Source of the DNA: a virus | Strand: one strand, 5' to 3' | Virus record (IMG/VR): IMGVR_UViG_3300031576_000024 | Location: 1-64,000 of that record | Length of the DNA stretch: 64,000 nt | Shown: positions 1 to 8,709 of the stretch, one piece after another | Layout of the letters: each line of letters opens with the position of its first letter | How positions within the stretch are numbered: position 1 is the stretch's first letter | Program-made: the position numbers and the translations under genes | The notes under the pieces: model-generated | Seen by the model: the letters and a program-made list of their open reading frames with translations, nothing else | Databases searched by the model: none | What the model was told of the DNA's origin: nothing

Positions 1-1
1 A

Positions 2-67
2 ACATTAGAAACTTATTACGTTGACATGAATCCAAATGCCGATTCTTGGGGAATAGCTAGAAAATGA
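2..67 (+). CDS. 3' end of an upstream gene truncated by the window edge (possibly a methyltransferase)
   Basis: Open frame TLETYYVDMNPNADSWGIARK* whose TGA overlaps the ATG at 64 (ATGA). Confidence 0.5.
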   Translation, partial: TLETYYVDMNPNADSWGIARK

Positions 68-918
68 AAACAGTAATAGAAGTAATTAATTTCTTACATG
101 AGTTAGACTTACTAGAAGCGCACCTTGACGAGCATCAACACTTTATAAATAAGACAGTGATTGTTGAATCGGAAATGACTTATTCAGGTATGCATAAGCC
201 ATTGATATTCAAAAATAACATGGATAGATTCAAGAGATTTAATCTTCAATATGAATGTATACCATCGGATTTCTTTGAACAGATACCGGCTAGTTATTCT
301 GAATCAGATAGAAAACAGTGGCACGATGCTAGAAGGCGCAATAGAGAAAAGCAGCAGAATTTTATATTTAACAAATATAAGAAAGAAGCTGATTATATTT
401 GTAACACAGACGTAGATGAGATATGGTCTAGAAATAAGTGGGATGTTATTTACAATCTTATTAAGCAAGATTATTGTTACATAGCGCCTGTTATCAAAAG
501 CTTTTACTTTTTCATTGATTCTCCAGGGTCCAGTGTAGAACCCTGGCGTATTACAAGAAATGACATGCCTACTTACCTAAGACAAAAAGGCACTAAACGT
601 GATCGAACGTCCGTTGGAGTTGGTTGGCACTTTAGCAGTTGTTACAAGGACATGAAAGATTTGTGGTATAAGGCAGTGGGTATCGCTCAAAGCTCTGGTT
701 ATTTAGGATGGAAAGCTGTTCCGTCACCTGACGAGCTTAAAGACTCTTTTGAAAAAGGTATTATACCCATTTGGAATCAGCCTTTAAAGTTTAACAATGT
801 GATGCCAAAGGATTATAATTGGTTACCAGAATTCATGAGAAATAACATTCACTTATATCCAACTGTACCTGATAATTTAAGAGAAAACATACCTATTTAT
901 GAAGGGTTTAAATTATGA
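64..918 (+). CDS. GT17 (MGAT3-like) glycosyltransferase
   Basis: ELDLLEAHL...VIVESEMTYSG..KPL N-terminus and DVDEI DxD motif typical of family 17. Confidence 0.75.
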   Translation: MKTVIEVINFLHELDLLEAHLDEHQHFINKTVIVESEMTYSGMHKPLIFKNNMDRFKRFNLQYECIPSDFFEQIPASYSESDRKQWHDARRRNREKQQNFIFNKYKKEADYICNTDVDEIWSRNKWDVIYNLIKQDYCYIAPVIKSFYFFIDSPGSSVEPWRITRNDMPTYLRQKGTKRDRTSVGVGWHFSSCYKDMKDLWYKAVGIAQSSGYLGWKAVPSPDELKDSFEKGIIPIWNQPLKFNNVMPKDYNWLPEFMRNNIHLYPTVPDNLRENIPIYEGFKL

Positions 919-1466
919 TGGTAGAAGCAGTCAATAAGTATAGACACATTACAATTGATCCTAAATTTAATACAGGGCGTTGGATGACGGAAGAAGAGTC
1001 CGATCTAATGCGCTTATTAGTTAAGCAGCATGACATAAAATACGTTGTGGAGATAGGCACTGCTAATGGCTATAGTGCTTTACACTTCGCCATAGCTGGC
1101 GCTACTGTTCATACTCATGACATTGTAGACCGACCTAAATTGTGGGATAAGCCTGAGCTTCAGCATTTAAAGAAAAATATTACTTTCTACTGTAATGCTT
1201 TTACCAGTATAGCCTTACCTACTTCTGAGAATGTACTATACTTTATAGACGGAGATCATTCTATTGATGCCATAAAGAAAGATTATGATAATGTCTTAAA
1301 GCAGTTAAAGTATAAAGATATTGTTGTATTTCATGATACGCTAAGTGGAGATCGTCAACATAAATACTGGAAACGACTTATAAGAGAGCTTCCTTCTAAT
1401 TTAGAATCAGAACATTTTAAAACCAAAAACGGCGTTGGCCTGTTGAAGTTCAAGCATGAAACTTAA
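915..1466 (+). CDS. Class I SAM methyltransferase (Methyltransf_24-like)
   Basis: VEIGTANGYS motif I, FIDGDH and VVFHD motifs. Confidence 0.85.
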   Translation: MMVEAVNKYRHITIDPKFNTGRWMTEEESDLMRLLVKQHDIKYVVEIGTANGYSALHFAIAGATVHTHDIVDRPKLWDKPELQHLKKNITFYCNAFTSIALPTSENVLYFIDGDHSIDAIKKDYDNVLKQLKYKDIVVFHDTLSGDRQHKYWKRLIRELPSNLESEHFKTKNGVGLLKFKHET

Positions 1467-1962
1467 TATTGGATGTTCTAATGTGTCAGGATCTTATAGG
1501 CACGGAGGATGGGTCAATTTTGATCTGGTACGGCATGATTATGTCACAGTTATAGGTGATTTAGTACAACTGCCGTTTAAAGATAATTCTATTGATGAAA
1601 TACACTGTGTTCATGTATTAGAACACTTGACAAGAGATAAGCATTTACCGGCACTATTAGAAATGCGAAGAGTATTGAAGCCGAATGCTATAGCTTATAT
1701 AGAAGTCCCAGACTTCAAAGAAGTTATAGATTATTTACATAAAGCATTATTAAATAACGATGAACAAGCTATACACATATGGACAACCAGTGTTTACGGT
1801 AAAACTGAAAGAAAGGGCATGGCTCATCACTTCGGGTTCTACGAAGACAAACTAATATCTCTTTGTAATAAAGCTAATTTTAAGAAAGTTGTACGTTCTG
1901 ATAAAATGATAAGCACTCACTATAAACAAGAACCCGTATTGTTAATACGGGCTGAAAAATAG
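1456..1962 (+). CDS. SAM methyltransferase (type 11-like)
   Basis: KLNIGC, LPFKDNSIDEI, HVLEHL, RVLKP and EVPD motifs. Confidence 0.85.
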   Translation: MKLNIGCSNVSGSYRHGGWVNFDLVRHDYVTVIGDLVQLPFKDNSIDEIHCVHVLEHLTRDKHLPALLEMRRVLKPNAIAYIEVPDFKEVIDYLHKALLNNDEQAIHIWTTSVYGKTERKGMAHHFGFYEDKLISLCNKANFKKVVRSDKMISTHYKQEPVLLIRAEK

Positions 1963-1972
1963 GCGGACAGCC

Positions 1973-4099
1973 ATGCGAATATTAGTAACAGGTGGAGCAG
2001 GGTTGATCGGGTATCACGCTGCTATGTACTACAAGAACAGGGGCTACGATGTTGTGGTCCTTGATAACCTTGAGCGGTGCGAACTTCTAGGACATAAAGT
2101 ATCTAGTAAGCGTCAGTATTTTAATCTAGATGCTTTGAGAGCTGCTGACATACACTGGATTAACGCTGATATCAGTAATCCTAAGGTATTTGATTGGTTA
2201 GATGTTCGTGACCGTTTTGATTACATTCTACACTTCGCTGGACAGTGTGGGGTGCCTACGTCAATTGAGAATCCTCGTAGAGACATGGAAGTCAATTACA
2301 TAGGCACCTTTAATGTTCTGGAGTTTGCTAGACGTACAGGAGCAGCGGTAGCGTTTGCTTCTACAAACAAGGTCTATCCTATCCATGACGTATTTGTAAA
2401 GAATGAGAATAAGGAGCGTTGGGAATTCGCCAACCGTACTTGGTCGCTCACTGGTTTCCCGGTGACGAACGACTTGGACGGCAGCCGGACGCCCTATGGT
2501 GCCTCCAAGTACGCCGCTGACGTGCTGTGCCAAGAATACGCACACACCTACGGTGTCAGGACGGGTGTTTTTCGCATGAGCTGTCTTGCAGAGTGGCAGC
2601 TTGTTTCTACTTATTTTGGCACTAAAATGATTTCTGATATAAGACCCGAAGACTTAGTATGGACAGGTAAGAATTGGACTAAAGTTATTAACTGTTGGAA
2701 TAATGGTAAAAAATATATATTTGAATTAACCACTAAAAATGGATATAAACTTAATTTAACGGCAGATCATAGAGTTAAAGTAGTAAATGGATTTAGGCAA
2801 TTAAAAGATTTGATGCATGGAGATTTAGTTGAAGTGTCTCCGCAAACATCCTTGCCTGCGCCTTATAATGAAAAAGAATGTCATAAAGCTGAATTGTTAG
2901 GGTACCTTTTTGGCGACGGGACTTTGTATAAAGTTAAAAATAAACCTAATTCTTACATAATAAGTTTTTATGGTTCAAAAACTGCTTTAATTAATATAAA
3001 AAATACTCTTAATATATTAGGTATTGATCCGGGAAATATAGTTTCTAGCTACAGCAATAGTGACGTAGCTACCGGTACAAGCTATAAGTTACATTTTTCT
3101 AATAGTCTCTTTGGTCAAGAATTGATTACAATGGGGATGCCAATTGGCGATAAGACTTCTCAAGCCATTGATGTGCCAACCTACATAAAGGATGGATCTG
3201 TTTTCTTGAAAAGAGCGTTCTTGAGAGGTTACTTCGGCGCAGAGTGCTGTGCTCCTTCACATAAAGACACATGTATTACATTTTCACACAGTAAAGATAT
3301 AAATATAACATCAGATAAATTTATATCTTCTGTTCGTGATATTCTTTATAAAGACTTCCACATAGAAACTTCTGTAACTGTTAAGCCTCCTAAGGTTTGG
3401 AAAACACGCACTACAGTACAAACTAATGTGCGCATTGTAGGCGGCGTTAAAGGAAGAACTGCGTTTAATAATATAGGATTTGCTTTTGAAGAAAAACGAA
3501 ATAAGATATTATTAACAAGATTAAGATTGTTAGAATATGATGATAGAATCTTTGATTCTATCGACTCTATCGAATATAAAGCACACGGCTACGTGTACGA
3601 CCTAGAAGTAGAAGACACTTCTCATGTATTTACGGCTGGGAATATTATAGTACACAACTGCATCTACGGCCCGAATCAGGTTCTCTCGTTTTCCGAGCAA
3701 GGTTGGGCGAGCTGGTTCAGCCTTGCGACCCTGAAAAGCTGGCCTTTGACTGTCTACGGTGACGGCGATCAGGTCCGAGACATGCTCTATGTAGAAGACT
3801 GTGTGCGCGCCTATGACTACTTCTTAAGATCCAAGATAAAGCACGGGGTATGGAACCTGGGTGGTGGTGTACAGAACACAACCACCCTGAATCAGCACCT
3901 ACGCTTGATGGAACGAATTACAGGCAAGCGCTCCGCAGTGTCTTTTGAAGATTGGCGTCCTAGCGATCAGAAGTGCTATGTCTCTGATATTCTTCCCATT
4001 AAGAAAGACTTAGGATGGGAACCACTAGTTAACCCTGAAGAGGGTCTGATTAAGGTAACGGAATTCTTTAAGAACAACCTAGACTTGTTCGAGGAATAG
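1973..4099 (+). CDS. NAD-dependent NDP-sugar epimerase/dehydratase (CDP-paratose 2-epimerase-like), intein-containing
   Basis: GGAGLIG, STNKVY, YGASK (YxxxK), FRMS|CIYGP, EQGW, GDGDQVRD motifs; about 349-aa extein after removing the intein. Confidence 0.9.
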   Translation: MRILVTGGAGLIGYHAAMYYKNRGYDVVVLDNLERCELLGHKVSSKRQYFNLDALRAADIHWINADISNPKVFDWLDVRDRFDYILHFAGQCGVPTSIENPRRDMEVNYIGTFNVLEFARRTGAAVAFASTNKVYPIHDVFVKNENKERWEFANRTWSLTGFPVTNDLDGSRTPYGASKYAADVLCQEYAHTYGVRTGVFRMSCLAEWQLVSTYFGTKMISDIRPEDLVWTGKNWTKVINCWNNGKKYIFELTTKNGYKLNLTADHRVKVVNGFRQLKDLMHGDLVEVSPQTSLPAPYNEKECHKAELLGYLFGDGTLYKVKNKPNSYIISFYGSKTALINIKNTLNILGIDPGNIVSSYSNSDVATGTSYKLHFSNSLFGQELITMGMPIGDKTSQAIDVPTYIKDGSVFLKRAFLRGYFGAECCAPSHKDTCITFSHSKDINITSDKFISSVRDILYKDFHIETSVTVKPPKVWKTRTTVQTNVRIVGGVKGRTAFNNIGFAFEEKRNKILLTRLRLLEYDDRIFDSIDSIEYKAHGYVYDLEVEDTSHVFTAGNIIVHNCIYGPNQVLSFSEQGWASWFSLATLKSWPLTVYGDGDQVRDMLYVEDCVRAYDYFLRSKIKHGVWNLGGGVQNTTTLNQHLRLMERITGKRSAVSFEDWRPSDQKCYVSDILPIKKDLGWEPLVNPEEGLIKVTEFFKNNLDLFEE
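2582..3658 (+). mobile_element. Intein (359 aa) with LAGLIDADG homing endonuclease
   Basis: Begins CLAEW, has block B LTADH, LLGYLFGDG and FLRGYFGAE motifs, VYDLEV, ends IIVHN before Cys+1; AT-rich relative to exteins. Confidence 0.93.
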
Positions 4100-4242
4100 C
4101 GACCGCACGCTAGTAAGGTCGCATAAACAAAAAAAGCCCGCCCTAGGGTGTCCTATGCTTCACATAGGGCCTTCAATGGGCAGGCTGCTTTAACATATTA
4201 TAGAAAGCCGGTACAGGATTTACCCGTACCGGCTTTTCTTTT
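4099..4242. terminator. Hairpin cluster / bidirectional intrinsic terminator between convergent operons
   Basis: AGAAAGCCGGTAC...GTACCGGCTTTTCTTT at 4202-4242; an A-tract-flanked hairpin at 4129-4191; GCGACC/GGTCGC hairpin at 4099-4122. Confidence 0.8.
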
Positions 4243-4606
4243 ATAGCGGAATACCTAGCTTTAGTGCGTTTAACGCAATTCCTTGCGCCGCATCCAGTGT
4301 TAGGATCAGTTCATCACCTTCACTCCAAGTGAAGCCTAATGCACCTTCTCTTCCGTCATTCGCTGACAATCCTAAAGTATCATTTTCCTTAAATTGCACG
4401 GTGAATCTACCATTGTTAATTTCAGGAGGCAAAGCTTTTAAGGACTCCATACTCAGTGCGATATTAACAATCTGTCTAATAGGTTCACATTCACCCGTTG
4501 TGAACCTCATTAGCCCACCATTTCTGGTGAGCGTTATGACGCCTCTAACATGCGTAACACTGTAGCCGTTAATCGTTTGTTGACTCATCGGTTTCTTCCT
4601 CCGCAC
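4241..4606 (-). CDS. Hypothetical protein (start probably about 4588)
   Basis: ORF coupled to the upstream gene; no motif recognised. Confidence 0.6.
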   Translation of the reverse strand: MRRKKPMSQQTINGYSVTHVRGVITLTRNGGLMRFTTGECEPIRQIVNIALSMESLKALPPEINNGRFTVQFKENDTLGLSANDGREGALGFTWSEGDELILTLDAAQGIALNALKLGIPL

Positions 4607-5198
4607 GCTTCATTCCAGCGCGGAACTCTTCTTCCTTGGCTGCAATCTCGGGATTTTCACCTAGGAAGAATTCACGAGCTACCTTTGACGGGAATTCACG
4701 GGGCGGATTGGTTACGAACACTGAACGCTCAGGGTCAAGAACGTTGCGGCGTCTGGAAGTATCCTTCTGGACAACCGTTTCATACTTACCGATGAAGCGC
4801 TTGATGGTAGCACACTTTTCTTTCAGCATGTTAACACCAAGTTGTTCATTTACATTATGAACTTGCTCAGGTTCTAGCTTAAGGCCCTGTCTAGCGGCAA
4901 GGTCTGTATAAGACTTAACCTTGCTGTTTAGCAGATCCTCACGCTTCTTCAGAGTCTTCTGAAGAGTCTCTAGAGCTTGATTCTCATAGGGTCGATCAGT
5001 GTTGAAAAGGAATATGCCTTCTGTATCAAGGATCTCATATACCGCTTCTTCACCGGCCGTACCAGGGCGATAGTCTTCAAACTGTGCCATCGTAATGTCA
5101 ACCTGACCAAAAGCCGGGATTGTAATAACAACGCCCTTCTCATAAGCAAGTTGCACGTCCCACGGTGTCGGATTCATGAGCTTGGCAGCAAACGCCAT
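4569..5198 (-). CDS. Hypothetical protein
   Basis: 209-aa ORF with GAGG RBS, in operon. Confidence 0.75.
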   Translation of the reverse strand: MAFAAKLMNPTPWDVQLAYEKGVVITIPAFGQVDITMAQFEDYRPGTAGEEAVYEILDTEGIFLFNTDRPYENQALETLQKTLKKREDLLNSKVKSYTDLAARQGLKLEPEQVHNVNEQLGVNMLKEKCATIKRFIGKYETVVQKDTSRRRNVLDPERSVFVTNPPREFPSKVAREFFLGENPEIAAKEEEFRAGMKRAEEETDESTND

Positions 5199-5200
5199 AT

Positions 5201-5425
5201 CTATACCTCTTCTACATTAAACGGAACTTCTGTCGATTCTACGGTAACAACTGTACCGCTGGGCCGACGGCCGCGCTTACGCAGAGTTACACCATTCTTC
5301 TTTAGCACGGTTCGGATTGAGCCACTTGATACGCTGAACGAATCAGCAATCTCACGAAGGCTCTTGCTCTGTAATACATAAGCCGTAACTATTTCATCTG
5401 TCTTGTCAAGTAGTTTAGCACTCAT
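5201..5425 (-). CDS. Small helix-turn-helix DNA-binding protein
   Basis: SLREIADSFSVSSGSIRTVLKKNGV HTH pattern. Confidence 0.75.
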   Translation of the reverse strand: MSAKLLDKTDEIVTAYVLQSKSLREIADSFSVSSGSIRTVLKKNGVTLRKRGRRPSGTVVTVESTEVPFNVEEV

Positions 5426-5467
5426 TTGGGTTCCCCTTGGTTGTTGACCTTTCTTCGGTCCTACATA

Positions 5468-5484
5468 ATCATACCTTAATCTTT
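5468..5484 (-). promoter_or_regulatory. Promoter-like motif copy (AAAGATTAAGGTATGAT)
   Basis: One mismatch to the recurrent 17-mer; intergenic, upstream of the HTH gene. Confidence 0.6.
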
Positions 5485-5513
5485 GACCGAAAAATCACTA
5501 TTTCACGTAACGT

Positions 5514-6176
5514 TTAAGATTTATTTAACTTTAATAGCTTTGTGTCGAACATATAGACTTCAGCCTTAGAAAGACCTAAGGCACTTATGCCCATGATCTT
5601 TTCTACTTCTGCACTAGGAGCAGAATAGACAATCAGCTTAGGCTGGGTAGCAAAGATTATCTGGTGAGTGACCTTGTTAGTAGGTTTTTCGTGAAATAGT
5701 AGGATATCAGTAGGGCCTGACGAACACGCCTTTTCAAATTCTTGGCGAGTGTAGTGACGATGTGAACGTTTACCACTACCACCGTTGAATGTGGATTCTG
5801 AATAAACCTTACCAAATCCCGTAATTCTGATATTCTCATCCCAATTACCTATGTTTGTTTTGTAACCAGTAGCTAGCCAGTGGACGCTAGGGAGCACTTC
5901 CATGTTCCTAGCAGCTTGACATTGCTTTAACCACTGATGATCCTCATGGACTCCGCTAACGTAGACTGTCTGTACTGCGTTAGGAAAGCCCTTAACGTAC
6001 AGGGAGGCAAAGTCCCCCGCTCCTACGCTTTGGCGCGTCCCACGGTCAACCCTGCGCGGGTCAGGCCACGTTCCAAAGCTACCAGTGCAAAGACACCATT
6101 CAGGCTGATGTACCTTTATCTTTTCATAGAAATTGACTATATCTCCATCAATTTCGCCAGCTAATAGCAACTTCAT
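5514..6176 (-). CDS. Degenerate metallophosphoesterase (Dbr1/Cwf19-like)
   Basis: LLLAGEIDG, CLCTGSFG, VSGVHE and DILLFHEKP align with calcineurin-like motifs, but metal ligands are substituted. Confidence 0.65.
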   Translation of the reverse strand: MKLLLAGEIDGDIVNFYEKIKVHQPEWCLCTGSFGTWPDPRRVDRGTRQSVGAGDFASLYVKGFPNAVQTVYVSGVHEDHQWLKQCQAARNMEVLPSVHWLATGYKTNIGNWDENIRITGFGKVYSESTFNGGSGKRSHRHYTRQEFEKACSSGPTDILLFHEKPTNKVTHQIIFATQPKLIVYSAPSAEVEKIMGISALGLSKAEVYMFDTKLLKLNKS

Positions 6177-6336
6177 TAGAAGCTCCTCTTCTTCAAAGCA
6201 TGTAACTCTTTCTTAAGTCTTAACCTTTCACCATGTAGATCGGTACTAGGTAGAGCTAAGAATTTATACATTACATCGGCTTCATCTTAATACAGCCTTC
6301 TCCATCAAACAAGCCTGCTGCATAAGCACTATTCAA
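6176..6336 (-). pseudogene. Internally deleted LAGLIDADG homing endonuclease remnant
   Basis: TTG start, NSAYAAGLFDGEGCIK then early stop; C-terminal DEADVMYKFL...LKKELHALKKRSF* in another frame. Not in the ORF track. Confidence 0.7.
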
Positions 6337-6619
6337 CTGTAGGTTCCTCAATAGTAGACTTACCACGCTTCTCCAGCTTGGCTAGTCGCGCTTCCATTTT
6401 GGTAACGTCCTTGCCAATTTCTGTGAAGCCATCGCCTACTGCCTTCTGCATGGCTCGAATAAGCTCAACTGCACGTTCTCTGGCTAGACCTTCTATGGCA
6501 TCCACGACCTTATCTGAAGTCTCTCGAAGTCTTTGCGATTGCTCAATGTTCATTGTGAACCCAGAGGTTCTAAATAACTGGAACATCAACACTGAAAAGT
6601 CTTGCTTTAGATCACTCAT
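6329..6619 (-). CDS. Hypothetical coiled-coil protein
   Basis: ORF with ATGA coupling to the upstream gene. Confidence 0.65.
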   Translation of the reverse strand: MSDLKQDFSVLMFQLFRTSGFTMNIEQSQRLRETSDKVVDAIEGLARERAVELIRAMQKAVGDGFTEIGKDVTKMEARLAKLEKRGKSTIEEPTVE

Positions 6620-6993
6620 ACTAATACTCCGTCAGGCTGGTAAGATACGGTGCCTGTGAAAATAAGGTTAAACCACTTCTCGAATTGATTGGCTGCTTTG
6701 ATTCCAATATCCTGCTCGACAAGAAGCATAAAGTCTATCCAATTGCGTTTGCAGGGATCTTGTCGGAACTGTTGGAACTTCTGCATGACCGGCTCTTTGC
6801 CGTGGAAATAGCGAGCTACAGTGACTAGATCAGACGTTCCATTCTGGATACGATCTAGCTCTTTGGCTACCCGGTCGTTGACCAGTGCGAACTGCTCTAT
6901 AGTAGGCCATTTGTCTATGGTTGTGTCTGCTGTCACCTTTTCTTTAGGCGGCTCTGGCAGTTGAATTGGCCGGTAGTAAAACTTCTCACTCAT
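6616..6993 (-). CDS. Hypothetical protein
   Basis: ORF with ATGA coupling at both ends. Confidence 0.65.
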   Translation of the reverse strand: MSEKFYYRPIQLPEPPKEKVTADTTIDKWPTIEQFALVNDRVAKELDRIQNGTSDLVTVARYFHGKEPVMQKFQQFRQDPCKRNWIDFMLLVEQDIGIKAANQFEKWFNLIFTGTVSYQPDGVLV

Positions 6994-7583
6994 GTTAATC
7001 TGACCTTCTTATATTTCATTAGCAGTGCGATCCGAATACCTTTCGGGATCTCTTTCCTACACGTCTTACACTTATCTTCGTTAGGAGGCATAGCTATTTG
7101 TGACAAAGGTATCCCCTTACCGTAGTAAAGATAAGCAGGATGATTGTCGTTACAAACATGAAATAGGCTAGGCTCGGTCTGTTGGGTGTTTTCATCCATA
7201 TACCAGTTATCAGCTAGCATCTTTAGTAAGTCTAACCGGCAATATGCGCCCCGTTCTACTGCTCCGTACAGTTGCGGTGTTTTTGTCTTTATAATTGAGT
7301 AAACGTTCTCCAGGATATTTATAGGAAAGCCCTCGCCGCACGCGCATGTCCCGTCTACTGATTCTAACCAAGAAGTCTGCGTACCATGTCTCGTGCCATG
7401 TCTCGTGCCAGAACTTTTCAATGGTTTTGGGTGACAGTGTTTTATCGAGATAGAGGGAATGAGAATTTCTCTTTCGGCGACGTTTACGTTCCAAAATCCT
7501 TTTTCCTCTCTTTGAACAGGAGCGAACTGTCCATGCCTATCGAAGTAGTAACTTCTTGAAGTAATAACGTCATATGCTTTCAC
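6990..7583 (-). CDS. Hypothetical protein with two HxC...CxxC modules
   Basis: IKHCH...TCACGEGFP and LFHVC...CKTCRKEIPKGI; contains a 12-bp tandem repeat. Confidence 0.65.
   Translation of the reverse strand: MKAYDVITSRSYYFDRHGQFAPVQREEKGFWNVNVAEREILIPSISIKHCHPKPLKSSGTRHGTRHGTQTSWLESVDGTCACGEGFPINILENVYSIIKTKTPQLYGAVERGAYCRLDLLKMLADNWYMDENTQQTEPSLFHVCNDNHPAYLYYGKGIPLSQIAMPPNEDKCKTCRKEIPKGIRIALLMKYKKVRLT
7384..7410. repeat. 12-bp tandem repeat (CCATGTCTCGTG x2.25), in frame (GTRH)
   Basis: Read directly from the sequence. Confidence 0.9.
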
Positions 7584-7954
7584 AGCACTAGTTTTCCCGC
7601 TGCTGCAATAACAGACAGCATTTTGTATAGTTTTCCGTCAAATTCACCAAAACATTTGGAACAGAACATCACCTGAGGTGAAAATGGGAATATGATTCCA
7701 CAGTGTTGTTTCCAAATGTTGAATAGATCGTATTGTCTGCCATTCTTATCTTTCCTATCGTTGAGAGCGGCCAGTAATTTAGCTGCTCTACAAACGTGCA
7801 GTACAAGTGGTTCCATTTCACCTTTAACATTAACAATCTGTTCATTTGGAATGAAGACTATAGAGGGGCCAATTGCCTTGTATTGTTCCGTTCCACTTAA
7901 CTTGACTGCTAATACTGTAAGCTCTTTCTGTGCATCAGGATTCAAGCGCTTCAT
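7580..7954 (-). CDS. Hypothetical protein with HxC...CxxC module
   Basis: VLHVC...FCSKCFGEF. Confidence 0.65.
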   Translation of the reverse strand: MKRLNPDAQKELTVLAVKLSGTEQYKAIGPSIVFIPNEQIVNVKGEMEPLVLHVCRAAKLLAALNDRKDKNGRQYDLFNIWKQHCGIIFPFSPQVMFCSKCFGEFDGKLYKMLSVIAAAGKLVL

Positions 7955-8189
7955 TTAGCTTCCTAGTTAGAGCCGCTGCAACGATGCCGCCGGGAACCTT
8001 TACGTTACAATCAAGTAGTCTACAGTGGTAATGTATACCCTTCTTGTCGTCGTCTTCTAAGACTGCCATATCCCAATGCTCACGAGGCGAGCCTACTTCA
8101 TGCCCGTGCATGATATAGAACTTCTTTTCGACCCAATTGATTCGCCATTCTTTTCCGAAGACCTTGTAGTCCTGCTTCTGATTGCTCAT
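7935..8189 (-). CDS. Hypothetical protein with HxH...Cx4C module
   Basis: IMHGH...HCRLLDCNVKVPGGI; first gene of the leftward operon. Confidence 0.6.
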   Translation of the reverse strand: MSNQKQDYKVFGKEWRINWVEKKFYIMHGHEVGSPREHWDMAVLEDDDKKGIHYHCRLLDCNVKVPGGIVAAALTRKLNEALES

Positions 8190-8224
8190 GTTGAACCCGT
8201 GCTAATGGTCATTTGTGCTCTCCC

Positions 8225-8275
8225 AATAATACCTTTTTCTTTTCTGATATGCACCATTAAAATTATGGTATAATT
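8225..8275. promoter_or_regulatory. Divergent promoter pair
   Basis: AAAAGAAAAAGGTATTAT on the - strand and AAAATTATGGTATAAT on the + strand, between divergent operons. Confidence 0.55.
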
Positions 8276-8283
8276 GAAAAGAG

Positions 8284-8709
8284 GTGATGTGTCCTATGAA
8301 TGTTAAAGAAAAACATTGGTGCAGTCGCCATCCTCTTTATAAGAAGTGGAATGGCATGATGACTAGATGTTATAATGAAAACCATGATAATTATTATCGT
8401 TATGGTGGTAGAGATATTACTGTCTGCAAACGTTGGCATGATGTTAGAAATTTCATAGCAGATATGGAATCTACTTATGTAAACGGATACTGGTTAGATA
8501 GAGTTGACAATGATAAAGGATACGGTCCTGAAAATTGTAAATGGACAACTCCTTCAGTAAATCTGAAGAACACCAGCAGATCAAGACACAGTGATATTGA
8601 ATGTGTAAAGTACCATCATGGTGCTAAAATTTGGAGAGTAATTGTACAATTCAAAACTAAAAAAGAAGCTGAAGCTTTCGCTAATACTGTCATTATACCT
8701 CACATTTAG
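8284..8709 (+). CDS. HNH-like endonuclease (YGGRG/LDR family), copy 1
   Basis: HPLY..W..M..RC, YGGRDITVC, WLDRVDNDKGYGPENCKW, C-terminal FKTKKEAEAF. Confidence 0.8.
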   Translation: MMCPMNVKEKHWCSRHPLYKKWNGMMTRCYNENHDNYYRYGGRDITVCKRWHDVRNFIADMESTYVNGYWLDRVDNDKGYGPENCKWTTPSVNLKNTSRSRHSDIECVKYHHGAKIWRVIVQFKTKKEAEAFANTVIIPHI

